The notes beneath the pieces are model-generated. The model was not told where the DNA came from. It did not search any database and saw only the letters and a list, made by a program, of their open reading frames with translations. Position numbers and translations under genes: made by a program. From an uncultured Poribacteria bacterium (GTDB lineage Bacteria > Poribacteria > WGA-4E > WGA-3G), in the NCBI GenBank assembly GCA_958296135.2, contig CATQHZ020000001.1:1760001-1824000 (forward strand): a stretch of 64,000 nucleotides of DNA, written 5' to 3'. Positions 27,202 through 37,230 of the stretch are shown in pieces. The stretch's first letter is position 1; the number at the start of each line of letters is the position of its first letter.

Positions 27202-28398
27202 GTGCGAGAAATGACAAACACCAGACCCCCGAATATGCAAATCGTGGCGCAGAATTTCGGTCCGATTGAAAAGGCGGAGATACCCCTTCGGCCGTTAACC
27301 ATCTTTGTCGGTGAGAGTAACACCGGCAAGACGTATCTCTCTACGCTCATCTTTGCGCTACACCGCGCTTGTGAGTTACAGCAGAAGGCAGCAGAAAAGT
27401 ACCGTGACGTTTTTAGGGAGGAACTCAAACGGTGCTTTGGGGTTGCATCCTTGTCAGAACTGATACGCTTCACTGGCAACTCTTGTGATGAGATGAAAAT
27501 CGCGCTGCGGTGCTGTGCAGACACTCGAACAGATTGGGGGTTTCACCTCCATGCCTCCGAAGGCGGTATCACAATTGATGGCGATGCTTTCGCCGCTGCA
27601 CACCGGCTTTGTGCAGCGGCGGAACATGGACAGAACCGGGCGTATTACTTGCCAGCGGGCCGGCGCGGTATCATGCAGACGCACGCAGCGATTGTCGGAT
27701 CCCACAACGGGGCATCCCAGAAACAAATCCTGCCATCGGGAACTACGGGACTCTTAACGGACTTCCTCCAGCCGCTCGTCGGGTATCAGGAACGGAATGG
27801 GGCGGCGGACGAGATGCCTCGTATCGCCGAAGCATTAGAAACTGAGGTGCTGCGAGGTGCAATAGAAAGGAAACGTCCAATTCCAGAGGGGTATCCGGAA
27901 TTTCATTATCGGCCTCAGCAGGAGGCGCGGGCGATTCGGCTCAGTGAAGCCTCTTCGATGGTGTCGGAACTTGCGCCGCTCGTGCTGTTCCTGCGGCATG
28001 CTGTGCGTCCGGGAGATCTGCTCATCATTGAAGAGCCGGAGGCACACCTGCATCCCGCCGCTCAGGATAAATTAGCCTACACGTTTGCGCGATTAATCCG
28101 CGCAGGCGTGCGCGTGATGGTGACAACACACAGCGACTGGTTCCTCCAGCGGCTCGGAATCCTAATTCGCGAAGGCGAAGTGATGAAACTTGGAAAGAGC
28201 ATCACGGAACCGGTGAATTGGCTGGTGAAGGAAGAGGTTGGCACCTGGTGGTTCCGCCGCAATGAGCCAGTGGTGGAAATCCCGTTCAATCGTGCTAACG
28301 GGATAGAGCCGCAGGATTACTACGATGTTGCTGATGAACTCTATAACGGGGCCGCTGGACTTCAATACCTGCTTCAGGAAGAGGAAACAACTCGGTGA
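27202..28398 (+). CDS. ABC-like AAA ATPase (AAA_15/AAA_21-like)
   Basis: NFGPI, Walker A GESNTGKT, SSMV, Walker B IIEEPEAHLHP, TTHSD; TATAAT and AGGAG upstream. Confidence 0.85.
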   Translation: MREMTNTRPPNMQIVAQNFGPIEKAEIPLRPLTIFVGESNTGKTYLSTLIFALHRACELQQKAAEKYRDVFREELKRCFGVASLSELIRFTGNSCDEMKIALRCCADTRTDWGFHLHASEGGITIDGDAFAAAHRLCAAAEHGQNRAYYLPAGRRGIMQTHAAIVGSHNGASQKQILPSGTTGLLTDFLQPLVGYQERNGAADEMPRIAEALETEVLRGAIERKRPIPEGYPEFHYRPQQEARAIRLSEASSMVSELAPLVLFLRHAVRPGDLLIIEEPEAHLHPAAQDKLAYTFARLIRAGVRVMVTTHSDWFLQRLGILIREGEVMKLGKSITEPVNWLVKEEVGTWWFRRNEPVVEIPFNRANGIEPQDYYDVADELYNGAAGLQYLLQEEETTR

Positions 28399-28892
28399 AG
28401 ATGAGTGAGGTTCTTAACGAAATCCAGAAGCGGGTTGGCGAAGAAAGTCTTATTAGTTCGTGTAGCGGCGGCGGATGTCGGGTGGACATGACAGATATCC
28501 CGCGCGAACGAGTGGTGGTAGATGTTGACATGGCATTCCAAGTACATCAAAAAACAGGAAAACGATGCGACAGGATGCTTTTTCACGGCAACCCTGCAGA
28601 AGATAGACTCGTTGCAGTTTTGATAGAACTCAAGAGCGGCACCTTCAAAGCAACTAATGTGTCTGAACAACTGCAAGGAAGTGCACATTTCGCGGCTACT
28701 TTAATCCCACGAAATATTAAAACTGTCTGCATCCCGCTAGTGTTCTACGGAGATAGAGTTCACAGAGCACAAAGCGGAAAACTACAAGAGGCTGCCGTCC
28801 GGTTCCGTAACCGAAGAATTCCTATTACACGGAGCAAATGTGGGGTATCCAAGAACTTAGCAAATGTGCTGTCCGGATTAGGGCATCTTTGA
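28395..28892 (+). CDS. Putative PD-(D/E)xK nuclease-like protein coupled to the ATPase
   Basis: RCD...LIELKSG...EQL pattern; GTGA overlap with the ATPase stop. Confidence 0.55.
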   Translation: MKMSEVLNEIQKRVGEESLISSCSGGGCRVDMTDIPRERVVVDVDMAFQVHQKTGKRCDRMLFHGNPAEDRLVAVLIELKSGTFKATNVSEQLQGSAHFAATLIPRNIKTVCIPLVFYGDRVHRAQSGKLQEAAVRFRNRRIPITRSKCGVSKNLANVLSGLGHL

Positions 28893-28933
28893 GGGAGACC
28901 GGCACGGCGCGGAACAGACCTTCGCCCAACAAT

Positions 28934-29587
28934 TCAGCGAAGTGCCGACACAACCTCCCTCAGCGCAGCTTCCTCCTGCGCAAGGGTTTTGAGCTCCGGA
29001 TTCAACTCCACAGCGCGTGTGAGCGAAGCCACCGCTTTCGGCACATTATCCTCTAGTGCATACGCGCACGCGAGATTGTAGTGGAGCAACGCAACTCCCG
29101 GGAACATCTCAAGCGCGCGCTGGCACGTCTGACGCGCATCAGCAGGGAGATTCTGCTGGAGATACGCTGTCGTCAAATTGACGTAGCCTTCCGCAATATC
29201 CGGGGCCATTTCAATTACCGTTTTGAAACTCGCCACGGCGTGCGCATGTTGCCCCGCCTGCAGATACGCCTGCCCAAGGTTGTTGTGTGCAGACGGCTCT
29301 TTCGTGAAGAACAGCGTGCGCTTTTTATTCGCAATCGCTTTCTGATACACTTCGATCGCCTGCGCCGCATCGCCGTCGCGCATTAAGAAAACTGCCTTCC
29401 GATAGTCGTCGTTGAACTGCGTCTGGTGATGCCACACCCACAGAAATAACAGTGTTGCGGCAAGGCAAAAGGACATCACAACGATTCTGAAGGTTTTATT
29501 CGTCGGAGTGAGCTCCTGTTCGTGATTTTCTGAGGCACCCTCTGCTGGCGGAGCATGCTCCTGAGACTGATTTTTTTTTGAGGACAT
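28934..29587 (-). CDS. Membrane-anchored TPR protein
   Basis: One TM helix; AHNNLG.AY, GYVNL, LHYNLACAYA repeats. Confidence 0.8.
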   Translation of the reverse strand: MSSKKNQSQEHAPPAEGASENHEQELTPTNKTFRIVVMSFCLAATLLFLWVWHHQTQFNDDYRKAVFLMRDGDAAQAIEVYQKAIANKKRTLFFTKEPSAHNNLGQAYLQAGQHAHAVASFKTVIEMAPDIAEGYVNLTTAYLQQNLPADARQTCQRALEMFPGVALLHYNLACAYALEDNVPKAVASLTRAVELNPELKTLAQEEAALREVVSALR

Positions 29588-29592
29588 AATAG

Positions 29593-30651
29593 ATGAAAAC
29601 TTACGGTTTTGGTATTATCGGCTGCGGCATGATTGCCGATTTTCATTCCGCCGCTATCTCTGAACTAGAATACGGAAAACTCGTCGCTGTCAGTTCCCGA
29701 AACACCGACAACGCAAAACGGCTTACTGACAGATACAACGTCGACAGTTACGCCGATTACACCGAGATGCTCAAACGCGATGACCTGGACATTGTCTGCG
29801 TTTGCACGCCGAGTGGTGCGCATCTTGAACCCGCTGTCGCCGCCGCGGCAGCAGGCAAACACGTTATCGTTGAAAAACCGCTGGAAATTACCTTGCAACG
29901 GTGCGATGAAATCATCAACGCCTGTGATGCAGCCGGCGTTCGGCTCTGCGCCATCTTCAATTCCCGTTTCACCGAAAGCACGCAGCTCGTCAAATCGACG
30001 ATTGAGAGCGGCCGGTTCGGCAAACTCACCTTGGGCGATGCCTACATCAAGTGGTATCGTTCGCAAGACTACTACGACAGCGGCGGCTGGCGCGGCACTT
30101 GGAATCTTGATGGCGGTGGCGCGCTCATGAACCAATCCATCCACGCCATCGATCTGCTCCAATATTTCATGGGCCCCGTCAAAGCGGTGCAGGCGTTTAC
30201 CGATACACTGGCACACGAACGCATAGAAGTTGAAGATGCCGCTGTCGCCGCGCTGCGGTTTGAAAACGGCGCACTCGGTGTCATTGAAGGCACAACCGCC
30301 GCCTATCCCGGCCTGCTCAAGAAGACCGAAATATCGGGCACACACGGCACTGTCATCTTAGAGGAAGAGGACATCGTCAAATGGGAATTTGACCCGGAGC
30401 TTCCTGAAGACGCGGAGATTCGGCAGAACTTCGCACAGAAAACCGATACCGGCGGCGGTGCATCCGACCCGCGTGCTATCAACCATGCCAACCACCGCCG
30501 ACAGATGGAAAACCTGATCCGCGGCCTTGAAACCGACGCGTCGCATCTCGTTGATGGCCGCGAAGGACGCAAGGCAGTCGAGATTATCCTCGCTATCTAT
30601 CAGTCTAGCCGGGAGGGACGAATCGTTGAATTGCCGCTTTGTTGTTCCTAG
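29593..30651 (+). CDS. Gfo/Idh/MocA family oxidoreductase
   Basis: IIGCGMIA, GKHVIVEKP, GGGALMNQSIH. Confidence 0.92.
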   Translation: MKTYGFGIIGCGMIADFHSAAISELEYGKLVAVSSRNTDNAKRLTDRYNVDSYADYTEMLKRDDLDIVCVCTPSGAHLEPAVAAAAAGKHVIVEKPLEITLQRCDEIINACDAAGVRLCAIFNSRFTESTQLVKSTIESGRFGKLTLGDAYIKWYRSQDYYDSGGWRGTWNLDGGGALMNQSIHAIDLLQYFMGPVKAVQAFTDTLAHERIEVEDAAVAALRFENGALGVIEGTTAAYPGLLKKTEISGTHGTVILEEEDIVKWEFDPELPEDAEIRQNFAQKTDTGGGASDPRAINHANHRRQMENLIRGLETDASHLVDGREGRKAVEIILAIYQSSREGRIVELPLCCS

Positions 30652-30850
30652 CGGTTGTTCAATTGCCTCCTCGCCGAGGACTGTGACTTATCAGGCCCAC
30701 TTGAAAACGGAGTGCGGGGGCCTGTCCCCCGCCATGCTGGGTATGACAATAGGCTTTCTTTTTTTCTTGTTTCACCAGACATGCAGAAAAAACAACATCT
30801 TTTCGGCCTGATAAGTCAACGTCACCGCCCCAGAAAATGTCAACCGCGCT

Positions 30851-31825
30851 TTACGCCAAGGCGAAAAAATCGAACACTATTTTAATCGCCTCGTCCTTTT
30901 TGTTCAGGGACATCTCAAAGCCGCGCTGCGCCTCAGTAAACGGCAGATGGTGCGTAATAATCGGCGAGACATCAAAGCGGCCCTGCGCAATCATATCCAT
31001 CGCCAAAGGGAAATCGTTCGGCGCATCGGGGCCGACGGAACCGATGAAGCGGATATTTTTCCTGAAGAAATCGGCGAAATGGAAATCGTAAACCTCGTCA
31101 TCCGGCACACCGAATGCGAGGAGCGTGCCATCCCTTTTGAGTAGTTGCAGGCACTGGTTGATAGTCTCTGTCTGATGCCCGACTACCTCAATAACCAGGT
31201 CTGCCATTTTCCCATCGGTAATCTCCGCCACCGCCGCGCCCGGGTCTTCGGTGGCGGCGTTGATCGTGTGCGTAGCACGCATTTGCTTCGATACCTCAAG
31301 CCGGAAATCAACCAGATCCGTGGTAATCACCGTCCGCGCGCCGAGGTTGCTCAGCATGTGCGTGAAGAGGAGTCCCATCGGCCCCTGCCCGATAACCACC
31401 GTATCCAGATTGAGCAGATTGCCCAACTTCCGGCATGCCCACACGACGGTTCCAAGCGGTTGCGCCATTAAGATGCAGTCTTTCCGGTCAAAGTCCACCA
31501 ACGGTAGCATGACGCTTTCGTTGGACAGAAAGTATTCGGAGAGCCCACCGATGTAGCGCGGGAGCGCGAGCACCTCATCGCCGGGCTTGAACTTTTCCGA
31601 TTTGCTGTCGGTGACAACGCCGATTGCCTCGTGAATGGAAAGCCCCGGCTGAAACGGGTAATTCTCCTGCGGAGACTCCTGCACGAACGATGGCATATCA
31701 CTGCCACAGATGGCACTATGCCGGGTCTGAATCATCACCGTGCCATCCGGATAATCCGCCAAATCGGGTTTTTCGATGTCAATAATCTCAATGTGACGTG
31801 GTGCAACAATTTGCCCAGCTTTCAT
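30851..31825 (-). CDS. Zinc-binding (MDR) dehydrogenase
   Basis: ICGSD, HEA.G, GQGPMG, IITH. Confidence 0.88.
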   Translation of the reverse strand: MKAGQIVAPRHIEIIDIEKPDLADYPDGTVMIQTRHSAICGSDMPSFVQESPQENYPFQPGLSIHEAIGVVTDSKSEKFKPGDEVLALPRYIGGLSEYFLSNESVMLPLVDFDRKDCILMAQPLGTVVWACRKLGNLLNLDTVVIGQGPMGLLFTHMLSNLGARTVITTDLVDFRLEVSKQMRATHTINAATEDPGAAVAEITDGKMADLVIEVVGHQTETINQCLQLLKRDGTLLAFGVPDDEVYDFHFADFFRKNIRFIGSVGPDAPNDFPLAMDMIAQGRFDVSPIITHHLPFTEAQRGFEMSLNKKDEAIKIVFDFFALA

Positions 31826-31986
31826 AAAATCTCCTATTTTTGTAGGATTGACGCAGCCCTAACCCCGTAGGTATGGACGCGGGCGGAAACCATAGCATAG
31901 AAATCTGCCCTTACTACAGTCACAGCACTTGCGTGATTTCCAAAAAGTGCCCGATTTCAGACTGAAACTTCATTGAATCTTTTCTC

Positions 31987-33060
31987 TTACAATCGCGGGA
32001 TGGCATCCAAAACTGGTTGATGTAGTTTCCCGTTTGTTGCGACGATGCCGCGATTGTCAACCATCCGTCTGCCGGTAAGGAAATTCAGCGGTGCGCCGTT
32101 TGCATCTGTCACCGTGCCGCCTGCCTCCTCAACGATGATGAGCCCGGCGGCGTGGTCCCAGATGCATTCGCGGTAATCCGGCGATGCTGGATTCGGGAGG
32201 CGTAGGTAGACAGACGCTTCGCCACGCGCAACGATACCGTATTTCGCTTGACTGTCCATTTGCACCGGCGGCGCGGTGAGGCCGAGCCGAGTCGCGATCT
32301 TCGCATGTGCATCGCTGTCGCCGTGTGAGGATTCAAAACTCTCTGCCAAACGGGGTGCCTCTGTTGAAACGCGCGCCTCTCCTAAAAAGGTGCCGGTAAG
32401 CGAATACATTTCCGTTCCTTCACCACGGACAGCGACAAAAAGACATCCTTTTGTTGTTCGCGAGGCGGTGTTTGGCTGCGTTTTTGGATGGCCGGTTGAC
32501 TTATTTTGGAAGGCCGGTGCAACACGAGGGACAGGCTCTTGCGCTACAGTTATTGGCTCGTCCAATCGATGCGGCAGATTTGGGCACGCGAGCACACCAA
32601 GCGTTACTTCGCCGTCGACAATCCGCGCCAACGCAATCGCATACTGATCTCGGCGGAGGAAGCCTTTGGTGCCATCAATCGGGTCGAGCGTCCAAAAGGT
32701 GTTCCCAACCGAACCGGTGCCTCTGTCAATCCATTCACAGACGTTTTCAGCCGAAGCGGCTGCGTCAAAATGGTTAACGTAAGCGGCGACACGTTTCAAA
32801 AGCGGCGGGTTTGACTTGAGCGATGCCGCATCCTCTTCCGCCACGATAACGGATGCCGGGAACGCATCGCCGATAGCCTTGCATATTAGTGCTTGCGAAC
32901 CGAAGTCTGCCACGGTGACAGGACTTCGATCGGTTTTTTGGATGGCATCTGTCGGCACCAAATCGGCTTGAACGTTTTGACACAACCTTGCCGCTTTTAG
33001 GACTGCGGCCATCGCAATTTTTTTGTTGTTCCTAGCAGTGGTTTGACATTGTCTTGGCAT
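31987..33060 (-). CDS. 3'(2'),5'-bisphosphate nucleotidase (HAL2/SAL1-type, inositol monophosphatase superfamily)
   Basis: SPVTVADFGSQA, AEED, LDPIDGTKGF, DSQAKY, IWDHAAG; GAGGAG SD. Confidence 0.9.
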   Translation of the reverse strand: MPRQCQTTARNNKKIAMAAVLKAARLCQNVQADLVPTDAIQKTDRSPVTVADFGSQALICKAIGDAFPASVIVAEEDAASLKSNPPLLKRVAAYVNHFDAAASAENVCEWIDRGTGSVGNTFWTLDPIDGTKGFLRRDQYAIALARIVDGEVTLGVLACPNLPHRLDEPITVAQEPVPRVAPAFQNKSTGHPKTQPNTASRTTKGCLFVAVRGEGTEMYSLTGTFLGEARVSTEAPRLAESFESSHGDSDAHAKIATRLGLTAPPVQMDSQAKYGIVARGEASVYLRLPNPASPDYRECIWDHAAGLIIVEEAGGTVTDANGAPLNFLTGRRMVDNRGIVATNGKLHQPVLDAIPRL

Positions 33061-33351
33061 TGTGTCTCCTCTTAGTAGGCCGTTTTGACGTTATCAAGTT
33101 TTGCAGCTCCGAGCCAAATGTCTATAACGGTTGCAGTCCTACCGCGAAGCACGGCGAGGGACAGGTTTCCCGCGCCCTACGGAACTGGTGGCCGAGTGTT
33201 ATTTACGATACCTGATTTCGCGAAGTTTGTCAAGTATTTTTTTGTCATTCGCGAGGCGTTGTTCAGCTTCGTCGGGGTTGACAATGATGACTTTGCAGGG
33301 CTTGCGCGGCGCGGGAAACCCTTGGCGATTCGCGCTCGCCGGCCCCTTGCC

Positions 33352-36300
33352 CTACGGACCAAGGGGCGATACGACAGACAACGCCTCGATTTCGGCGACA
33401 ATCCGAAGCGTTTCTGCCACCGAGACCAGGATGTGTTGATATTCCCGAATCTCCGTATGACTTAAGGCCGTGCCGCGCCGCTCCTTCAGCCACTTTTCAC
33501 AGACCTGATACGCACCGATTTCAAATTCCCAGACATCCACCGACACCTTGGCGAAGTGTTGCGTCTGATTCACCCAAATCTTGCCATCGCGGTAGCCATA
33601 CTTCGCGACAACCGCATCGCCTTCTCCCTCAAAACGGTATTGGGGTGTCATCGCGATTAGGAGGGTGCTCCTACCGAGATGCAGTTCAATCAAGGCACAC
33701 CCGAGCTCTGCCAATTTTCGGAATAAAGGGACATCGTCTATCAACGGAATGCGCGGGAAGTCGTATTTCAGAAAAGCGTAATAACGTTCGCGATAGGCGG
33801 GGCTATGCAAAATGGCATAGAGATAACCGAGGATGTCCTCTGCGGAAATTCCCGCCGGAAGTTCAAACGGCTCCGTCTGCAAAAGTCCCAGTTTCTCGGA
33901 AAGTGCCTTGAGAAAAGTTGGTTTGAGATTTACGGAACGTTCCGTTGATAACTCCAACTCCGCTGGATTTGGATAGAGATACAGCGGGAAGACGTGTCCC
34001 GATTCGCTCGCCCTATTTGAGATATGGCAATTTTCAGTCAGACAGTCGGTTACCAAGACATGCTGCCAAGCCGGGCTCGTGACAATGCGCGTGGTAGAAA
34101 GCGCGATATTGTCACCGGCGCGTAGGTGGCGCATCACCGCTCGGCGCGGACTCGAATGGAAGCCGCGGGACTTTCCTGTGTAGTAGGTCCAACGGACATC
34201 AAACGGACGGTAGCGCATACGGGTGACATGCTGTTCTACATCGGGATGGGCGCGGACATCAGCTTGGGCAGCAGCAACTGCCCAGTCACTTGTATCACGC
34301 GACAATCGGTACCTCTCCCTTACTTCGGTGTCAGAAAGGTTCACAAAATCGTTTACCGTGGCTCGGAGTTCCGCCTCAGTGCGATGGAGCGTCACTTTAT
34401 CACGGCCCGTGCAAATCCCCGTTGACTTCACTTGGAAGATATCGGGGAGTGCCCATCCTTGTTCATATTCCTCGCGGCGTTCTGTCTCTTGCGGTACGAA
34501 AAGGTAGAGCGGTGCCGTCGGCTGGAGTTCGCGCCATGCAGTCGTTTGGACATCCCTCTCCGCGAGCATTTGATATTTCTCTTCACGGGTACCCCATAGG
34601 TCTGCGTAATGGAGAGTAGCCGGGGCGGCGTTATCGGTTTCCTTGACACACAACAGAATAGTAATACCCTGCTGGATGTTAAACACACTTTCGTCTTTTT
34701 TCCCGACAGGAACCGCCTCTGCTTTTCGGGTGCTTCCGTGCAAGTTAAGCAAGTAAATTTCACTAAAACTGTTGAGCAAACTCTGCCGCATGCCACGGAA
34801 AATGGTGCCTTCCAGGAAACTGTTGTTGACGATATAGCCGATAACACCCTGGCCGCTCTTGTCAATCCGCCATTGTGCCCACCGAATGAACTTGACATAA
34901 TCCGCCTGAAGGGGTTGGAAATTTTCGCGTCCCATCGGCTTTCCATCTACCCGTTTGTAGTCCTCGATGAGTCTCCCGATGAAGGTGAGTTTGCCTCGCT
35001 CATCGCGGCTCGGCGTGGCAGAATTGCGAGGATAGGGAGGGTTCCCGATGACAGCCAGAATCGGGGCATCCCGTTTCACGGAAACTGCGGCGTTCGCCTC
35101 ATCGGAGATGAAGCCAGCAAATGCGAACCGCTCCTTTTCTTCGGGCTCCGCCAGCGTGTTGGTGAGGTAGATGCTGAGGCGTTCGCCATCTCGCTGTGTC
35201 CAGCCATTCGCCTGCAGAAAGAGACTCAGTTTGAAATGCGCAATAGTGTAGGGGGCCACCAAGATTTCAAACCCAGCAAGCCGTTGGACGAGGCTATCTT
35301 GAACATACTGCTGCCAGACACCGCCGCCATACGTCTCGGTGACGTGTTGCCGGATGTGGTTGATAACCGCTAAGAGGAAGCCGCCGGTGCCAGTTGCTGC
35401 ATCTAAAATGAGCGCGTCGTCATCGGCGAGGCCGTCAGGTTTACGCAGTTTCGTTTTGAGCAGTACATCAACAGAACGGACAATATAGGCAATAGCTTGC
35501 GGCGGTGTGTAATAGACACCCCTATCCATGCGGCGTTGCGCATCATACTCCGCGAGAAAGAGCTCGTAGAAATGGACAACCGGGTCTTCGATGTGGGTGC
35601 GGACATCAAAGGCAGTATGGAGCATCTCTGTAGAGACATTTCGCATAAGGTTGGCGATGTCGTCCAAGAGCCACGTGAGGTTGTTATCCACATTCGGGGA
35701 CGCTACCTGATAAAAGAGATTCCTAAGAAAAGGGTTGGAACGTGGTAGCGCGTCATAAGCGGTGATGCGTGAGAAGTTTGTCGCATTCGGGAGCGTGCAT
35801 CGCGCGGCAAAAAGCCCATAGGCCAGCGTCTGTGCATACATATCGGCAAAGTCTTCGGCTGTCAACGTAGAGAGAAGCAGTTTCTGGAATGCAGTAAACA
35901 TCTGCAAGATATCGTTCTGCTCATCGTGTAGCGTCGTCGCGATTTGGGTTTGGAGTTCTCGTGTGCGGCGCGCGAGGTATCTAGCAAGCACCTCCGGCGT
36001 TGCAAGCGGCATCGGACGCGCACTCAGGAAGCGTTCCAGCAGGTTTTCTAACGCCGCCGCGTCAGAAGAAAAAGCCGTTGCGCGCAAAGTGCTATCGGTA
36101 TACAACCGAAATTCAACAAAATTGGTGAGGACGAAGTTGTCAAGGTTGTCAATAAACCGCTGATTCTGGGTTTTGGCGTGCCCTGTGAGCGCGGCCAAGT
36201 CGGTGCCGTATGCTTCAGCCTCAACATAGCCGATAGGAAACAGCCCCTCCTTTGCGGCGAAATCTGGCCGCCCGATAGCAAGCGCAGCGCGCGGCTCATG

Positions 36301-36453
36301 CGTGAAGGTAATGTGCGGATGTGATGCTGCCGTCGCTGCGTCAAGGAACGCCTTCAGTGGTGCATGCAGCGAGAGTTCCGCTGTTGCCATCGGGCTAGTT
36401 CTGGCCGCATCAATGTCCTGCACATAGTCGTTAAGCAGCGTTTGGAATGTCAT
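33352..36453 (-). CDS. Single-chain restriction-modification enzyme (N6-MTase with type ISP/IIL-like specificity domain, no helicase)
   Basis: PD..GYVEAE, GVYYTP, DAATGTG, NPPY, YRPFD, DFPRIP, YQVCEKWLK. Confidence 0.85.
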   Translation of the reverse strand: MTFQTLLNDYVQDIDAARTSPMATAELSLHAPLKAFLDAATAASHPHITFTHEPRAALAIGRPDFAAKEGLFPIGYVEAEAYGTDLAALTGHAKTQNQRFIDNLDNFVLTNFVEFRLYTDSTLRATAFSSDAAALENLLERFLSARPMPLATPEVLARYLARRTRELQTQIATTLHDEQNDILQMFTAFQKLLLSTLTAEDFADMYAQTLAYGLFAARCTLPNATNFSRITAYDALPRSNPFLRNLFYQVASPNVDNNLTWLLDDIANLMRNVSTEMLHTAFDVRTHIEDPVVHFYELFLAEYDAQRRMDRGVYYTPPQAIAYIVRSVDVLLKTKLRKPDGLADDDALILDAATGTGGFLLAVINHIRQHVTETYGGGVWQQYVQDSLVQRLAGFEILVAPYTIAHFKLSLFLQANGWTQRDGERLSIYLTNTLAEPEEKERFAFAGFISDEANAAVSVKRDAPILAVIGNPPYPRNSATPSRDERGKLTFIGRLIEDYKRVDGKPMGRENFQPLQADYVKFIRWAQWRIDKSGQGVIGYIVNNSFLEGTIFRGMRQSLLNSFSEIYLLNLHGSTRKAEAVPVGKKDESVFNIQQGITILLCVKETDNAAPATLHYADLWGTREEKYQMLAERDVQTTAWRELQPTAPLYLFVPQETERREEYEQGWALPDIFQVKSTGICTGRDKVTLHRTEAELRATVNDFVNLSDTEVRERYRLSRDTSDWAVAAAQADVRAHPDVEQHVTRMRYRPFDVRWTYYTGKSRGFHSSPRRAVMRHLRAGDNIALSTTRIVTSPAWQHVLVTDCLTENCHISNRASESGHVFPLYLYPNPAELELSTERSVNLKPTFLKALSEKLGLLQTEPFELPAGISAEDILGYLYAILHSPAYRERYYAFLKYDFPRIPLIDDVPLFRKLAELGCALIELHLGRSTLLIAMTPQYRFEGEGDAVVAKYGYRDGKIWVNQTQHFAKVSVDVWEFEIGAYQVCEKWLKERRGTALSHTEIREYQHILVSVAETLRIVAEIEALSVVSPLGP

Positions 36454-36557
36454 TGTCCGAGTCCTGAAGAGATGCCCACTGCGTAGCGCGAGGGACAGGC
36501 CCGCGCGAACCCTCGACAACAAAAAACCGCCGCGAGGAGGGGGCCGAAACCCAAAAA

Positions 36558-37220
36558 TCAAAAAAGCGTTAACTGCGGCGGTTCATCTGTCTCGCGAACC
36601 TCGCGCGTCGATTGCAAACACGCACTGCAACGTCGCTGTGCCTCGGCGATGTCATCGATGAGGATGTGTCGCGTGGCAGTGAAAGTTTCTCCCTCTTGGC
36701 GGAGGACGTAGGCCGGGTTAAACGTCGCCATCGCGAACGGCGCGTATCGCGTATCCTTAAACCAGATACCGCGTTCCTCCGTAATGCGGAATTGCCGATG
36801 AATCAGCGTTTTTGCCGCGGGGCTGCCCATGCACAAAATCACGGAAGGTTGGATGAGGCTCAGTTCCACATCCAGCCATTTAGCACACGCCTTGATTTCT
36901 AATGCTTTCGGCGGCCGGTTTTTTAGCACGCCATCTCTGATGCCAGCCGCCCGACATTTGATGATGTTCGTCAGCCAGATATTCCCGCGCGTCAAACCGT
37001 TCGCAGCGAGCACTTCATCCAACAGTTCCCCGGCAGGCCCTGAAAACGGAAACGTCGTCTGATTATCGGCAGCGGAGGGGCCTTCAGCGACGATAGCTAA
37101 TTTCGCTTCGACATCTCCGCTGCCGAAGACGACGTTGGCGCGGGTTTCTGACAAACCGCAATCGGTGCAAACGCTTGCACGCGCTTTGATGCCCTGCATT
37201 TGTGTGTGAATTGTGCTCAT
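36558..37220 (-). CDS. Family-4-like (Fe-S) uracil-DNA glycosylase variant
   Basis: CxxC, TNxxKCR, NRPP...C; motif A AEGPS, motif B NPAY; C-terminus QLTLF. Confidence 0.8.
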   Translation of the reverse strand: MSTIHTQMQGIKARASVCTDCGLSETRANVVFGSGDVEAKLAIVAEGPSAADNQTTFPFSGPAGELLDEVLAANGLTRGNIWLTNIIKCRAAGIRDGVLKNRPPKALEIKACAKWLDVELSLIQPSVILCMGSPAAKTLIHRQFRITEERGIWFKDTRYAPFAMATFNPAYVLRQEGETFTATRHILIDDIAEAQRRCSACLQSTREVRETDEPPQLTLF

Positions 37221-37230
37221 CATCTCACCG

